Below, piece after piece: positions 22,881-35,037 of a DNA stretch of 64,000 nucleotides. The first letter of the stretch is position 1. Each line of letters opens with the position of its first letter. Under the pieces are notes generated by a model. The model had not been told where the DNA came from. It saw only the letters and a program-made list of their open reading frames with translations, and made no database searches. The translations under genes were made by a program, and so were the position numbers. This DNA is from the human T2T-CHM13v2.0 reference genome, Homo sapiens: positions 16,352,001 through 16,416,000 of the forward strand of contig CP068257.2 in assembly GCA_009914755.4 (NCBI GenBank). The letters run 5' to 3'.

Positions 22881-24589
22881 GAGAATTGGTACCAGAGAAG
22901 TGGGGCATTGCTATAAAGATCCCTGAAAATGGGGAAGTGACCTTGGAATTGGATAATGGGCAGAGGGTTGAACAACTTGAGGGCTCAGAAGAAGACAGGA
23001 AAATGAGGGAAAGTTTGGAATGTCCTGGAGACTCATTGAATGGTTGTGACCAAAATGATGATAGTGATATGGACAGTGAAGTTCCAGCTGAAAAGGACTC
23101 AGATGGAGATAAGGAAGTTACTGGGAACTGGAGCAAAGATCATGTTGCTATGCTTTAGCAAGGAGACTGGCAGCATTGTGCCCCTGGTCTAAGTATCTGT
23201 GGAGCTTTGAACTTGAGAGAGATGATTTAGGGTATCTTGTGGAAGAAATTTCTAAGCAGCAAAGCTTAGAAATGATGTGGCCCAGCTGCTTCTAAAACAT
23301 ATGCTCGTTTGCATAAACAAAGGAATGACCTGAAACTAGAACTCATATTTAAAAGGGAAGCAGAGCGTAGAAGTTTGGAAAATTTGCAGCCTGACTATGG
23401 TAGGAAAGAAAAACCCATCTTTCTGGGGAGGAATCAAGGCTGCAGAAATTTGCATAAGTAAAGAACAGCCGAATATTATTGGCCAAGACAATGGGGAAAA
23501 TCCCTCCAGGGCATTTAAGAGACCTTCATGGCAGCCCATCCTGTAACAGGCCTGGAGGCCTAGGAGGGAAAAATAGTTTTGTGGGCCAGATCCAGGGCCT
23601 TGCTGCTCTGTGCAGCCCTGGGACATGGCACCCTGCATCCTAGCTGCTTCAGCTATGGCCATGGCTAAAAGGGGCCAAGGTGGAGCTCAGGCTGTTACTT
23701 TAGAGGATGCAAGCCGCAAGCCTTGGTGGCTTCCATGTGGTATTGGTCCTGTGGGTGCGAAGAAGGCAAGAGTTGAAGCTTGGAAGCCTCCACCTAGATT
23801 TCAGAGGATATATGAAAATGCCTTGATGTCCAGGCAGAAGAAAAAAAGAATGGTTTCATGGGCCAGGACCAGGCCCAAGCCCAGGCGCATGACCTTGCTA
23901 CCCTACAAAGCCTCAGGACACTGCTACCTGCAGGGGTAGAGCCCTCATGGAGGACCTGTACTTGGGCAGTGCAGAGGGGAAATGTGAGGTTGTAGTCCCC
24001 ACATAGAGTTTTCACTGGGACACTGCCTAGTGGACCTATGAAAAGAGGGCCACCATTCTTCAGAACCCAGGATGGTAGATCCACTGACAGCTTGCACTGT
24101 GCACTTCAAAAAGCTGCAGGTACTCTATGCCAGCCCATGAAAGCAGCCAAGGGATCTGTACCCTGCAGAGCCACAGAGGCAGAGCTGCCCAAGACCTTGG
24201 AAACCCACCACTTGCATCAGTGTGGCTTGGATGTGAGTCATGGAGGTCAAAGGAGATTATTTTGGAGCTTTAAGATTTAATGAGTGCCCTGGCAGATTTT
24301 GGACTTGCATGGGGCCTGCGGCCCCATTGTTTTGGCCAATTTATCCCATTTGGAAGAGGAGCATTTACTTAATGTCTGTATCCCCATTGTATCTTGGAAG
24401 TAACTAACTTGCTTTTGATTTTACAGGCTCGTAGTTGGAAGGGACTTGTCTTGTCTCAGATGAGACTTTGCAATTGGACTTTTGAGTTAATGCTGAAATG
24501 AGTTAAGACTTTGCGGGATTGTTGGAAAGGCATGATTGTGTTTTGAAATGTGAGAAGGCCATGAGATTTGGAAGGGGGCAGGGGTGGAG
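22881..24589 (+). mobile_element. MaLR internal region of element B (~1.7 kb); contains spurious ORFs 23610-23939 and others
   Basis: Starts cgagaattggtaccagagaagtggggcattgctataaagatccctgaaaatggggaagtgaccttggaattggataatgggcag; its 3' portion (23670-24589) is paralogous to 24821-25682 and to the internal region of the 4899-7191 element. Confidence 0.8.
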
Positions 24590-24820
24590 TGATATGGTTT
24601 GGCTCTGTGTCCCTACTCAAATCTCATGTTGAATTATGATCTTCTGTGTTGGAGGTGGGGCCTCGTGGGAGGTAAGTTGATCATGGGGGTGGATTTTCTC
24701 CTTGCTGTTCTTGTGATAGTGAGGGAGTTTTCACATTGGTTGTTTAAAAGTGTGTAGCACTTCCTTTGCTCTTTCTCCTTTCACCATGTGAAGATGTGCT
24801 TGCTTCCCCTTTGCCTTCCA
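24590..24820 (+). mobile_element. 3' LTR of element B, truncated after ~230 bp
   Basis: tgatatggtttggctctgtgtccctactcaaatctcatgttgaattatgatcttctgtgttggaggtggggcctcgtgggaggt...ccatgtgaagatgtgcttgcttcccctttgccttcca shares the diagnostic substitutions of LTR-b; ends abruptly at 24820. Confidence 0.8.
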
Positions 24821-25682
24821 GCCACTCTGGCTTCAGCCTTGGCTCAAAGAACCCCAGAGACATCTCAGGCTGACGCTTCAGAGGGCATGAGCCATAAGCC
24901 TTGGTGGCTTCTGTGTGGTGTTAAGCCTGTAAGCATGCAGATTGCAAGAGTGAGTGAGGCTTGGCAGTCTCATAGATTTCAGAGGATGTATGAAAAGCCT
25001 AGGTTTTCAGGCGGAAGCTTGTTGCAGAGGCAGAGCCCTCACAGAGAATCTTTACTAGGACAATGCAGAGGGGAAATGTGGGGTTGGAGGCCCCACACAG
25101 TGTGCCCACTGGGCCACTCCCTAGTGGAGCTGTGGGAAGGGGGCTGCCACCTTCCAGAACCCAGAATGATAGATCTACTCACAGCTTGCACCCTGCACCT
25201 AGAAAATTCACAGGCACTCAACAACCTATGGGAGAAGCTGTGGAGCCTGAACACTGCAACGCCAGAGCGGTATTGCTGCTCAAGGCCTTGGGAGCCTACC
25301 CCTTGCACCACTGTGCCCTGGATGTGGGACATGGAGTCAAAGGAGATTACCTTGGAGCTTTGTGATTTAATGGCTGCCCTGCTGGGTTTCAAGCTTGCAC
25401 ATAGGCCCCTTTCTGTTGGCTGATTTCTCCCTTTTGGAACAGCAATGTTTATGCAGTGCCTGTACCCACACTGTATCTTGGAAGTAACTAACTTGTTTTT
25501 TATTTTACAGGCTTATGGGTGGAAAGTACTTGCCTTGTCTCAGATGAGACTTGAGACTTTGGACTTTGAACTTTTGGGTTAATACTTGAATGAGTTAAGA
25601 CTTTGGGGGACTATTGGGAAGGTATGATTATATTTTGCAGTGTGAGAAGGATATGATTTTTGGGAGAGGTCAAGGGTGGAAT
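24821..25682 (+). mobile_element. MaLR internal region, 3' part of outer element A; contains the 211-aa ORF 24788-25423 (non-genic)
   Basis: gccactctggcttcagccttggctcaaagaaccccagagacatctcaggctgacgcttcagagggcatgagccataagccttggtggcttctgtgtgg... parallels 23670-24589 base for base at ~80%. Confidence 0.75.
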
Positions 25683-26090
25683 TATATAGTATGGATATTT
25701 GTCTCTGCTCAAATCTCATGTTGAATTGTAATCCCCAATGCTGGAGGTGGGGCCTAGTGGGAGGTATTTGGGTCATGGGGGTGAATCCCTCATGGCTTGG
25801 TGCTGTCTTTGCAACAGTGAGTGAGTTCTCACAAAATCTGGTCATTTAGAAGTGTGTGGCACCTTCACCCCCACTCTCTCTTGCTCCTGCTTTTGCCATA
25901 TGACATGCTTACTCTTGCTTTGTCTTCTGCCGTGAGTAAAAGCTTCCTGAGGTCTCCCCATAAGCTGAGCAAATGCTGGAACTGAGTTTCCTGCACAGCC
26001 TGCAGAACTGTGAGCCAATTAAACCTATTTTCTTTATAAATTACCCAGTTTCAGGTGTTTCTTTATGGTAACAGGAGAATGGCCTAATAC
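25683..26090 (+). mobile_element. MST-type MaLR LTR, 3' LTR of outer element A; element A flanked by GGAGA/GGGAG
   Basis: tatatagtatggatatttgtctctgctcaaatctcatgttgaattgtaatccccaatgctggaggtggggcctagtgggaggt...catggcttggtgctgtc...cttttgccatatgacatgcttactc... is the same sub-type as 21867-22275; ggaga at 21862-21866 and gggag at 26091-26095. Confidence 0.85.
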
Positions 26091-26710
26091 GGGAGTGTGG
26101 GAGAGGGTGTGGATTGAAAAACTGCCATTAAAAGTAATGGGAAAAGCCCCAATTATTTTTGCACCAGCCTACAGTCCTACACGTGTGCTCCTTGTATCTA
26201 AAATAAAAACTGAAGTTTATAAAGCGGGGAATTGCAGTTATGCCAAATACTCTCAGATTTCCTGGAAGAGTCAACGAATAGGCACACACCTTGCTTGGTT
26301 GATCTATTATTGCAACCTTCTAATACCCTCCATGACTTGATTATTATCTGCCTGTCCAGTCCTAATTACACCACTTGTTAAGTTCACGACTTAGAAAAAT
26401 CTACTGAGCTATTTCACATGTTAGTAATCTTATGTAAACAATAAAGATAAAAATGATTATTTGTAGAGTTTTTGTGAGAATGATATAATCTGTGCTCAAG
26501 TTCTTAACCATGCTTGCTACATATTAAGATATCAAAAATGCTAGTTATTATCACTATTATTTTAAGCTATTTCTTTCTAGCTAATGTTCAAAACAAGAAT
26601 AAAAGCAGGTATTCTTGGATGTTACTTGAAATTAGTATTGTGTGCTATGGAAAGACCTATATAGAGAATGCAAAGTTAATATTACAAAAATTTTAAATCT
26701 GTCTTTTAAG

Positions 26711-27007
26711 GATAGTGGGGAGGAAGTGAGGATGGTTAATGGATTTGAAAACATAGATAGAATGAATAAGATCTAATATTTGATAGCACAATAGAGAGAT
26801 AATATTAAAAATAATTTATTTGTACATTTTAAAATAATTAAGAGTATAATTCAGTTGTTTGTAATACAAAGAAAGGATAAATGCTTAAGATGATGAGTAC
26901 CTCCATTTACCCTGATGTGATTATTATACATTGTATGCCTGTATCAAAATATCTCATGTACCTCATAATTATATATAACTACTATATATCCACAAATTTA
27001 AAAAAAA
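26711..27007 (+). mobile_element. Old L1 (L1PB/L1MA-type) 3'-end fragment (sense) with short poly-A
   Basis: ggatggttaatggatttgaaaacatagatagaatgaataagatctaatatttgatagcacaatagagagataatattaaaaataatttatttgtacattttaaaataattaagagtataattcagttgtttgtaatacaaagaaaggataaatgcttaagatgatgagtacctccatttaccctgatgtgattattatacattgtatgcctgtatcaaaatatctcatgtacctcataattatatataactactatatatccacaaatttaaaaaaaa = 3' terminus of older primate L1. Confidence 0.75.
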
Positions 27008-28037
27008 CTTTAAAATTTCCTTTTACATCTTTAAAATATCTTTGTTTTTTAAAAAATAATTTTAGTGATGTATTAACTAATTTTTCTCTAGTAACAAACA
27101 ATCTCTGACTTACAAACAAGAGTTCATCTCTTACGCACATTACATGTATGGGGCAGCTGTAGCCTGTCCTCCATATGTCTCCTGCCATATCACACTGAGG
27201 AATCAGCCCGTATGTGGACCTACCCATTCTTGATCAGAAGAAAAGCAATAGAGCAGGGAGAAGCTCATAAGACTCTAAAAGCTTCTGCTTGGATACCGTG
27301 TGTGTCACATTTACCCACATTCTATTGACCAAAACATGTCACATGGCTAAGCCCAAACTCCGTGAGTCCAGGGACTCTTCTCTTTCTCTACTGGAAGGAC
27401 TGGCAGGTCATATGGAAATAGATGGCATTGAATGATCCTTTTAAGGGAAGGATGATAGTGAATAATTACAAAGAATTACATGATATGAAGCAAATGGACT
27501 TCAAAGGTACTTTTTGGTTTTGCCCAAATTTTCTATTTTCCCCGAAGAACCAGTTTTGAAATTGTTTAGTTGGCTCAGACAATTACTCATTTGAAGTTTC
27601 ACAGAGAATTTAAGAGAAAACTGTGGGTTGCTGGCCATCTAGGGCATCAATCTGCATCAGTTTAATTAAATTAATATGAAAAATTGTAGTCTAAGTCAAG
27701 GAAATTGAGGAGGTAAAAAGATACCTGTAAAATGACTGAAAGCTGCAAGCACATGTCAAATTATTTGTTTTGAAGTCATTTCAAATTGCAGTGGTACCTT
27801 CATATATTAAGCATAGTCTATTTGAACCACTATATTTAATTGCTATCCATCATTTACACCAAGTAATATGTGGTAAGGCTGAATTCCTCCTTTTTCTTTT
27901 GGCCTAATTTTGAGAGATGAAAACAATTTAATCTCTCAAAATAAATTTACACCTTTTATTCTTTAAACCCTTCAGTTCTTCTTCGCATAGAAAACACTGG
28001 TTTCCTCTTCAGTTTCAGTTGCCTCATTTTACTGCAT

Positions 28038-28400
28038 TTGTTATAGACTGAATGTTTGGGTCTCTACAAAATATAGATGTTGAGGTCCTAACCCCTAGCT
28101 ATATTTGGAGATGGGGCCTCTAAGGAAATAATTAATGTTTAAATAAGGTCATAAGGGTAAGGCCCTGATCTGAAAGAATCATGTCTTTATAAGATAAGAT
28201 GGCTGGGCATGGTGGCACATACCTGTAATCCCAGCATTTTGGGAGGCTGAGATGGGAGGATCACTTGAGTCCAAGAGTTCAAGACCAGCCTGGCAAGATA
28301 GCAAGACCCCCTTCTCTCTATATTTATATGATGAGACACCAGAGAGCTTGCTTTCTCTTTCTTTTTGCATTAGGATGGAGAATTATAGAGAACTGTTTGG
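28038..28400 (+). mobile_element. MLT1-like MaLR LTR (family X in this window; subfamily not assignable), split by the Alu left-arm fragment at 28201-28300
   Basis: ttgttatagactgaatgtttgggtctctacaaaatatagatgttgaggtcctaacccctagctatatttggagatggggcctctaaggaaataattaatgtttaaataaggtcataagggtaaggccctgatctgaaagaatcatgtctttataagataagat[Alu]...gagacaccagagagcttgctttctc; same family as 35038-35425 and 53004-53412. Confidence 0.55.
28201..28300 (+). mobile_element. 3'-truncated Alu (left-arm only) fragment inside the LTR
   Basis: ggctgggcatggtggcacatacctgtaatcccagcattttgggaggctgagatgggaggatcacttgagtccaagagttcaagaccagcctggcaagatagcaagacccc. Confidence 0.85.
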
Positions 28401-29250
28401 ATCTGTCCGTTTTGAAATACTGACTTCTCCACTATAGACCCCTAGTTGAATATTAAGTGATTGGCTAGAGATATATATTTGGAAGTTGTCAGCATAAAAG
28501 AGCCTGTTAATACCATGGCCTTGGATGACATTGGTTAGGTCTGACTACTTAGGGAAGAGTTCTGAACCCAGAGATACTCTGAAATGTAGAAGTCAGCCAC
28601 AGGAGGAAGTTCCAGTAAATGAGACCAAGAAGCAGCAGCCAGGGTAGTAAAGGGAAAATAAGCGTGTGTAATTCTTGAGGCTAAGTGACAATCAAGAGAG
28701 CTCTCATCCTGGTTTCAGTAACCCAGACATATGCATCGTAATTTGAGCTTTACTGCCCCCATACTCCTGATTATGTATTTTCTGATTCCAACTCTAGTCT
28801 ACCTTGTCCAGCAAACAGTTTCCTTCCAGACTGAGAAAAGGTAACATGGGGCTTGTTCTTCTTTCCCCACTGGAGTGAAGTAGACTAGTTCACCTTAGCT
28901 CAAAGGACTTCAGATTCTGGATTGTATGTTAATAAATCATCTACATATTTCTTCACTTTGATCATCAGCGATATCAACTAAAAGTATCTTAATATATATT
29001 TTATATAGCTTAGCTGAGTGAGTAAATATGTAGATTTCAGAGTGACAGTATTAATAACCACAGTGATAATTAAAAATGTTTAGATGTTGTATAGTAAGTC
29101 TGTGTTTTTCCTACCACCTCATAGTGGAGAACATAAAAACAGCCCTTCATGAGTGGAAAAGGGTAGGAGAATGTATGATATTGGAGGAAAGAGAACCAAG
29201 TCATTCCCCACAAAGGAATTTGTGTTCCTAAAACATCACTGCAAGAGTGT

Positions 29251-29450
29251 TATTATCTGAATATTTGTGTCCTCTCCACCTTAAATTCATATGTTGAAAA
29301 GGTAACTCCTAACATGATGTTACTTAGAGGTGAGGCCTTTGGGAGGCAATTAGGTTTAGGGGAGGTCATGAGGGTGAAGCCCCCGCCACCAATGCCCCAG
29401 GAAATTAGTGCTATTATAAGAAGTGATACCAGAGAGCTTGCTTCTCTCAG
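29251..29450 (+). mobile_element. Partial (5' half) MLT1-like LTR, family X
   Basis: tattatctgaatatttgtgtcctctccaccttaaattcatatgttgaaaaggtaactcctaacatgatgttacttagaggtgaggcctttgggaggcaattaggtttaggggaggtcatgagggtgaagccc...ataagaagtgataccagagagcttgcttctc. Confidence 0.5.
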
Positions 29451-29471
29451 GATCACTGTATTATTTTCCTG

Positions 29472-29912
29472 GGACTGCTGTAACAAATCATCACAAACTT
29501 GAGGGTGTTAAACAGCAGACACTTATTCACTCACATTTTTACAGGCTAGAATCTAAAATCATGGTGTCAGCTGGGTTGTGCTTTCTTCAAAGGGTCCGGG
29601 AAAGATTTCCTCCCTTGAATCTTTCGGCTTCTGCTAGCTACAGGCTTTCCTTGGCCTGTGGTTGCATCACTCCAGTATCTGCCTCCATGGCCACATTGCC
29701 TCCTCTTCTGTCTCATATTTTCTTGTCTTTCTCATATAAGAATATTTTTCTTTGGATATAGGACACACTTGGATAATCCAGAATGATTTCATCTTGAGAT
29801 TCTTGATTTAATTACATCTGCAAATGGGACAAGTTTTCAAATAAGATAACATTCACAGGCTCCAGGCATTTGATGTAAATATCTTTGAGGGGCTATTTTT
29901 TTGGTCTGCTAC
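29472..29912 (-). mobile_element. MLT1-like MaLR LTR, antisense (family Z)
   Basis: gctgtaacaaatcatcacaaacttgagggtgttaaacagcagacacttattcactcacatttttacaggctagaatctaaaatcatggtgtcagctgggttgtgctttcttcaaagggtc...cttggcctgtggttgcatcactccagtatctgcctccatggccacattgcc...ataagaatatttttctttggatataggacacacttggataatccagaatgatttcatcttgagattcttgatttaattacatctgcaaat = very common tgctgtaacaaa...ctaccacag LTR-type repeat in reverse orientation. Confidence 0.5.
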
Positions 29913-32900
29913 ATTTCCTCTTTGAGATTTGGGTATCTCGAAATTAATCAATAGGAAGGTTTTAAGGAGAAAAATAGGCATTAGGGAGTCTAATTTTCCA
30001 TTCCCCCAGCCACAAGTGTCTAGTTACTTTTGAGTAGTTAGATTGGTTGACTTTTCCAAGAAATCCTTCATGCCCATTATTTCACTCTTATTCCTTTATT
30101 CTTTTGTCATGGGAATGCTTTTCTAAACTCAATTCAACATGCAGTTAACTCATACAGAGAAACTCCTAGATGTTGTGTATTGTTCTAAACTCCAATGAGC
30201 ATTATCTTGTTTAGTCTTCACAATAAACAGAGACACTTAGAGGTTACTTGCTCAAGTTCCTTTGGAACCCAATCTCTTGATTCCAACTTTAATGCTTTCT
30301 CCACTCCTCTTAAGAGATAAGCATGAAAGGGCAAGTTTTGGGAAGGAGAAAGGCAGGCACATGTTAAGCTGGTAACGGCTGTTGCCTAAATGCCTAATGA
30401 AAGATTTCATAGGAATGATCTCATAGTTATATGAGAGCAAGAATGGGTCATGGCCAGCACTGGAGTGTCTGTCTAAGAACACTTAAAGGAGAGATAACCC
30501 ACCTACTTCACTAGTGTCCTTGGGTTTGGCCTATGTCAGGATACAGGTGGGTCTGATTGCTTAGCTGTAGCAACTGGCTGACACTAGCTGGGGATAAGGG
30601 GGTGGGGACTGGCTCACTACAAAGAGATTCCCCAGCTGGAGCTGCTCTCAAGGGGAGGTGGTGTGGGGGCTTAGCTGCTGTGAAAAACTGGGTGGCCAGT
30701 TGGTTGTGGTATGAGCCAGACTGAGAGGGATGTTATTTACGGGAGCCAGTTCCAGCTGGTAGTCATACAGGATGAGGCCACCCTGCAGAGATGGTAGCAG
30801 GCAGGGGTGGGAAAAGCGTGGGCCAGGGACCAGTGCTGAGCTTGGGTAACAAAAAGGATGTCGCGAACCCAATCAGGAATGAAGGGCAACTGAGTGTCAA
30901 ATGTGTGGAGTTGTTGGCTGTGCATCTGGGTCCACTCTTGTTGGTAAAGAGGAGCCTGGCTGGGGCAGGCACGGTGCCTCATACTGTTCTGAGTTTGTCC
31001 CCTGGATTATCTTTGGCACAAATGCTTTAATTTGTTTTCTCCCCTTAACCAATTACATTGGTAGGAAAGTCATAGGCAGGTTTTATAGCAGTATTTACCC
31101 TTTACCCTGTATATGACCTTAATATTTTTGATCTACAAAATGTAAATATTTTTACATTCCACCTCTCTTTCTCATACAGAAAATGTGAGGATCAATAAAA
31201 CAGTATACATATGGCTTTCCTGGAAAGAATTGCTATGGAATATAAACGCTTCTTGGAAAGGAGATGAAACAGCACAGAGTATCTGATTCTCAAAGCATGC
31301 AAAACTAGTGATTAGTTATGGTAAAAGAGAAGGCAAGAGACAGTCCCCCTATGAGAATAACTTTGGTTGACTTACACTGTTTTTACAATGTATTTGTTTA
31401 CTGTGTTGAAATTATTGGCCAGAGATTCTGACATGAGTGTTTTTTATTTCCTGCATCTCCAACTAAAACTCCTCATTTCTTTTTCTTTTTTAAAAATTTT
31501 TTGCTGCAAGGACAAAAAAATGCTCCCCATTTCTTTTTTAATTAACTTAGTTGCTAACGAGGAGATTCAAAACCTAAATGTTTAGAATATATTTTGGAAA
31601 TCCTTCTAACCATGATAATAAAGACGAGGTCTCACTTGTTTGCCTATACACTACTGGTATCCTATTCTTTCTTTGATTTTGAATGTTATATCCTGGTATA
31701 GATAGACCCGTGGGCATAACAGTGATGGAGAAAAGGTAGGGCAGGGCGCAAGTCCTGAACTTTGACCTAGAAATTCAGATGAAATAAAAATTCTAAACTG
31801 GTTTATTTAGGATCATATACATATGAAAACATAAAAAATGGGTATAATGAAATTTCTGCCTGATTCGTGAGCAAATCCAAGGATGTTCTCAAGTGGGAGC
31901 ATTTTGCTTCTTTGCTTTCCTGCCTGACTGAAAAGAGGAAGTTCTGAAGATGGGAAGTCTATGGATGGCACTTTTCTGGAACTGGCAGGGTGTACCTGAC
32001 ATAGTGGGAAGGAGGGTAAAGAGTAGTGGCCAAATCCACTGAATCAATCCTTACCTCATTCTTTGATGATATCATGAAGCATTTCGCCAGTCTTTAGAAG
32101 TCCTGTTGTATTGAGTATCATCCTCCTAGAAAAGTCCACGCAGAACTGTAATGCCATGGGAGTTTATTTGGCTAATCCATAGAGGATGGTGGAGTTGCAT
32201 TCTCTTATCAGAAATATACCTTCTGCACTCCCACCACTCATCGACCCAGAGAATTTTATATTATTAAATAGAATACAAGCCAGAACTATTTGCATTTACA
32301 TTACTTAATTAATGTCGAGCAATCACAAGAACTGTGACTATATCTTGGGACTTATACCTGCTTGACCTAGCCTGCACACCAAAGTGATACCTTCCAGAAC
32401 CAAAAGAACAAAATAATTTATGTTTCAATAGTTACAGAAAAAAGTGATTCTCAGTTTTTAAGGAGCTGTGTTGTTCTTGATTCTGCTAATCAGGTTCAGA
32501 AGTACTGAGTTTTAGATTCAAAACACCTAGCAATAAATTTAAAAAAACCAAAGATTTAAAAGTAGACATTTATGTTTCTTCTAAAAAATTATCAAATAAA
32601 ATGCTAAAATATCAGACAGTCTGTGTCACTACTGGTCACTTGGCTAGCTTAACCTTATATATTAAACACATTAAACAATGTTAGTGGTATAAAACATATG
32701 CATACATTGTCATATTTTGCTCTATGATTATTAAGAAAAATAGAATGATAGAGGAAAATAATTGATGTGGTAGAGTCTTTATGAAAATATTTCTTTTTCT
32801 TCCAAAGCCCCTCTGGCTATCATCTTATTTTTATAGAAATGGCAGGTATCCATATTTTACAATAATTTTCTCAGAGATGGAAGTAAATCTATGTCCCTCT

Positions 32901-33007
32901 ACTTCTTCGTTCGGTTTCAATACATATTTCATAGCATTCTTAATTTTCAAGATATGACATAATTTATTTTTTTATTTTTAGTTATTTTTGTTGCGTTAAT
33001 TGGCATA

Positions 33008-33412
33008 TTAGATTGCTAGGGCTGCCGTAACAAAATACCCCCAGACTGGATGTCTTTAACAACAGAAATTTAGTTTCTCACAGATCGGGGAGCTAGAAGG
33101 CTGCGATCAAAGTGTAGGCACGTTGATTTGATTCTGAGGCTTTAACTCTTTGACTCGAATATGGCTGCCTTCTCCCTTCATCTTCCACGGTCTTTCCTCA
33201 GTCTCAGTGTGTGTGTGTCTGTGTCCAAATTTCCTGTTCTTATAAGGACCCGAGTCATATTGGACTAGGGCCTACCCTACAGACCTCATTGTAACTTAAA
33301 TACCTCTTTAAATACCTTATCTTCAAATGCTGTTACATTCTGACATACTGGGGATTGGGACTTCAACATATAAATTTTGGGTGACACGATTCAGCCCCTA
33401 ACAATTGGTTTA
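33008..33412 (-). mobile_element. MLT1-like MaLR LTR, antisense (family Y; second copy at 56876-57266)
   Basis: ttgctagggctgccgtaacaaaatacccccagactggatgtctttaacaacagaaatttagtttctcacagatcgggg...ggctgccttctcccttcatcttccacggtc...gtgtctgtgtccaaatttcctgttcttataaggacccgagtcatattggactagggcctaccctacagacctcattgtaacttaaatacctctttaaataccttatcttcaaatgctgttacattctgacatactggggattgggacttcaacatataaattttgggtgacacgattcagcccctaaca. Confidence 0.55.
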
Positions 33413-34370
33413 TTTCCAGCCACTGTAATATAGGTTTGGTGAGGTAAAGGATTTTTGTCTATTTTGATATACTAAGCACCTATATCAGTTCCTGGGACAT
33501 AATAGACATGAAATTAGTATTTGCTGAATGAATAGATAAATGAATCGGTCAATGGATAAAACCAGTAAGTTGAGTGACAAATACGTCAACCTCAGAGCTC
33601 TCTACATCTAACAGATGCCACATTTGCTACTAAAGATCATTTGAACTTGAATTAGTAAGATTTGAACAGCCTTAGTTCTGCTTAGGCATATCAGTAACAT
33701 TTGTGGGTAAAGCCTGTAATTAGAAATAAGTACCAAATAAAATGCATTAATAATTTCAAAATGAAGAATAAAAAGCACATCAACTGTGGAGGAGAAACAG
33801 AACAGTAGGGGTTCTTTCAAGCCAACAGAACTTTAAGGACAAAGATTTGTAATTAAAAATGAAGTGAATTTAATCTTTGCTGCTAATCACTCCTGCACTG
33901 TTAGCCTGTTTTCATCAAACTAATTGATGGCATATGGAACAGATGCATGGTGAGATTACAGCTCCACTTTATGGGAGAGTTATAACAAATGTGACTTTCC
34001 CTCTATTACATGCATTAACATTCAGAAAATGCACTCCTTTGCTTTCTTCACATGCCAAAATTGGTTCTTTTGTGCAAAGCTGATTAAAAGGAATCAAAAG
34101 ATGTTTAATACACATGCAATCCATTTGATTATCCTAAGTCGTTTCTGGAATGCTATGTGCACTGTAATGTGGAGGGCGCACATTCTTAACTTCAACTCCA
34201 CATGAAAGTTTGTAGACAAAGGTTAAACACAATCTTTACTTTTTTTTGACATATTTCAAAATTCATTTTTGAAGGATGTGATAGTTAAAGTTTTATAAAA
34301 TTTGCGTCTTCTGTTTTTAGAAAGATAACTTAAGAAAGAAGCAAGTAATACCTTTAAATTTATCTGTCCA

Positions 34371-34682
34371 GGCTGGGCGCAGTGGCTCATGTCTGTGATC
34401 CTAGTGCTTTGGGAGGCAGAAGTGGGAGGATTGCTGAAAGCCAGGAGTTTGAAACCAGCCTGGACAACATAGTGAGACCCCTATTACTATGAAAAAAAAA
34501 ATTAGCTGAGTGTGGTGGCACATGCCTCTCATTCTAGCTACTTGGGAGGCTGAGGTGGAAGGATCACTTAAGGCCAGGAATTTGAGGCTGCAGTGAGCCA
34601 TGATGGTGCCACTGTACGCCAGCCTCTGTGACAGAGTAAGACCCTGTCTCTAAAAAGCAATCGTAACAATAAATAAAAAAAA
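34371..34682 (+). mobile_element. Alu SINE (plus), older diverged (AluJ-like)
   Basis: ggctgggcgcagtggctcatgtctgtgatcctagtgctttgggaggcagaagtgggaggattgctgaaagccaggagtttgaaaccagcctggacaacatagtgagacccctattactatgaaaaaaaaaattagctgagtgtggtggcacatgcctctcattctagctacttgggaggctgaggtggaaggatcacttaaggccaggaatttgaggctgcagtgagccatgatggtgccactgtacgccagcctctgtgacagagtaagaccctgtctctaaaaa. Confidence 0.9.
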
Positions 34683-35037
34683 CTCTCCAGAAATAACATG
34701 TCCTTTCATTAGTTTTTTAATAGCAATTATTAAACTAAATAGGTATGGATCTAAATAATTCTCTTCTAATTATAGATTTTGAAGTCATTGAAGGAAAGCA
34801 AAATACAAATTATTAATGATGATAATATTGCTCTGTAGTTACACAGAAGAATCACATGTGAATGACTTAAACTTTGGCATGATTCATGTATGTTAGATTT
34901 AACGTAGGTAATGAGCATTTCACCTTGAAATGAGTGCTAGGAAACAGGAACTTAGGTAAAGTGCGATGCCTTTTAATATTAAGCACTTCTCTGTTCTTTT
35001 TAGCTTGCTTCTCAATTTTGTACCTTGCTGTGACCCC

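Noticed and set aside
24788-25423. Longest ORF in the window (211 aa, plus strand) as a candidate protein-coding gene
   Set aside because: It lies wholly inside MaLR internal sequence and has diverged paralogous copies in the same frame within the neighbouring MaLR copies (23610-23939; 5997-6284 minus). Composition is low-complexity and proline/arginine-rich, with no recognisable domain. In a mammalian genome an unspliced 211-aa ORF inside a retroelement is expected background.
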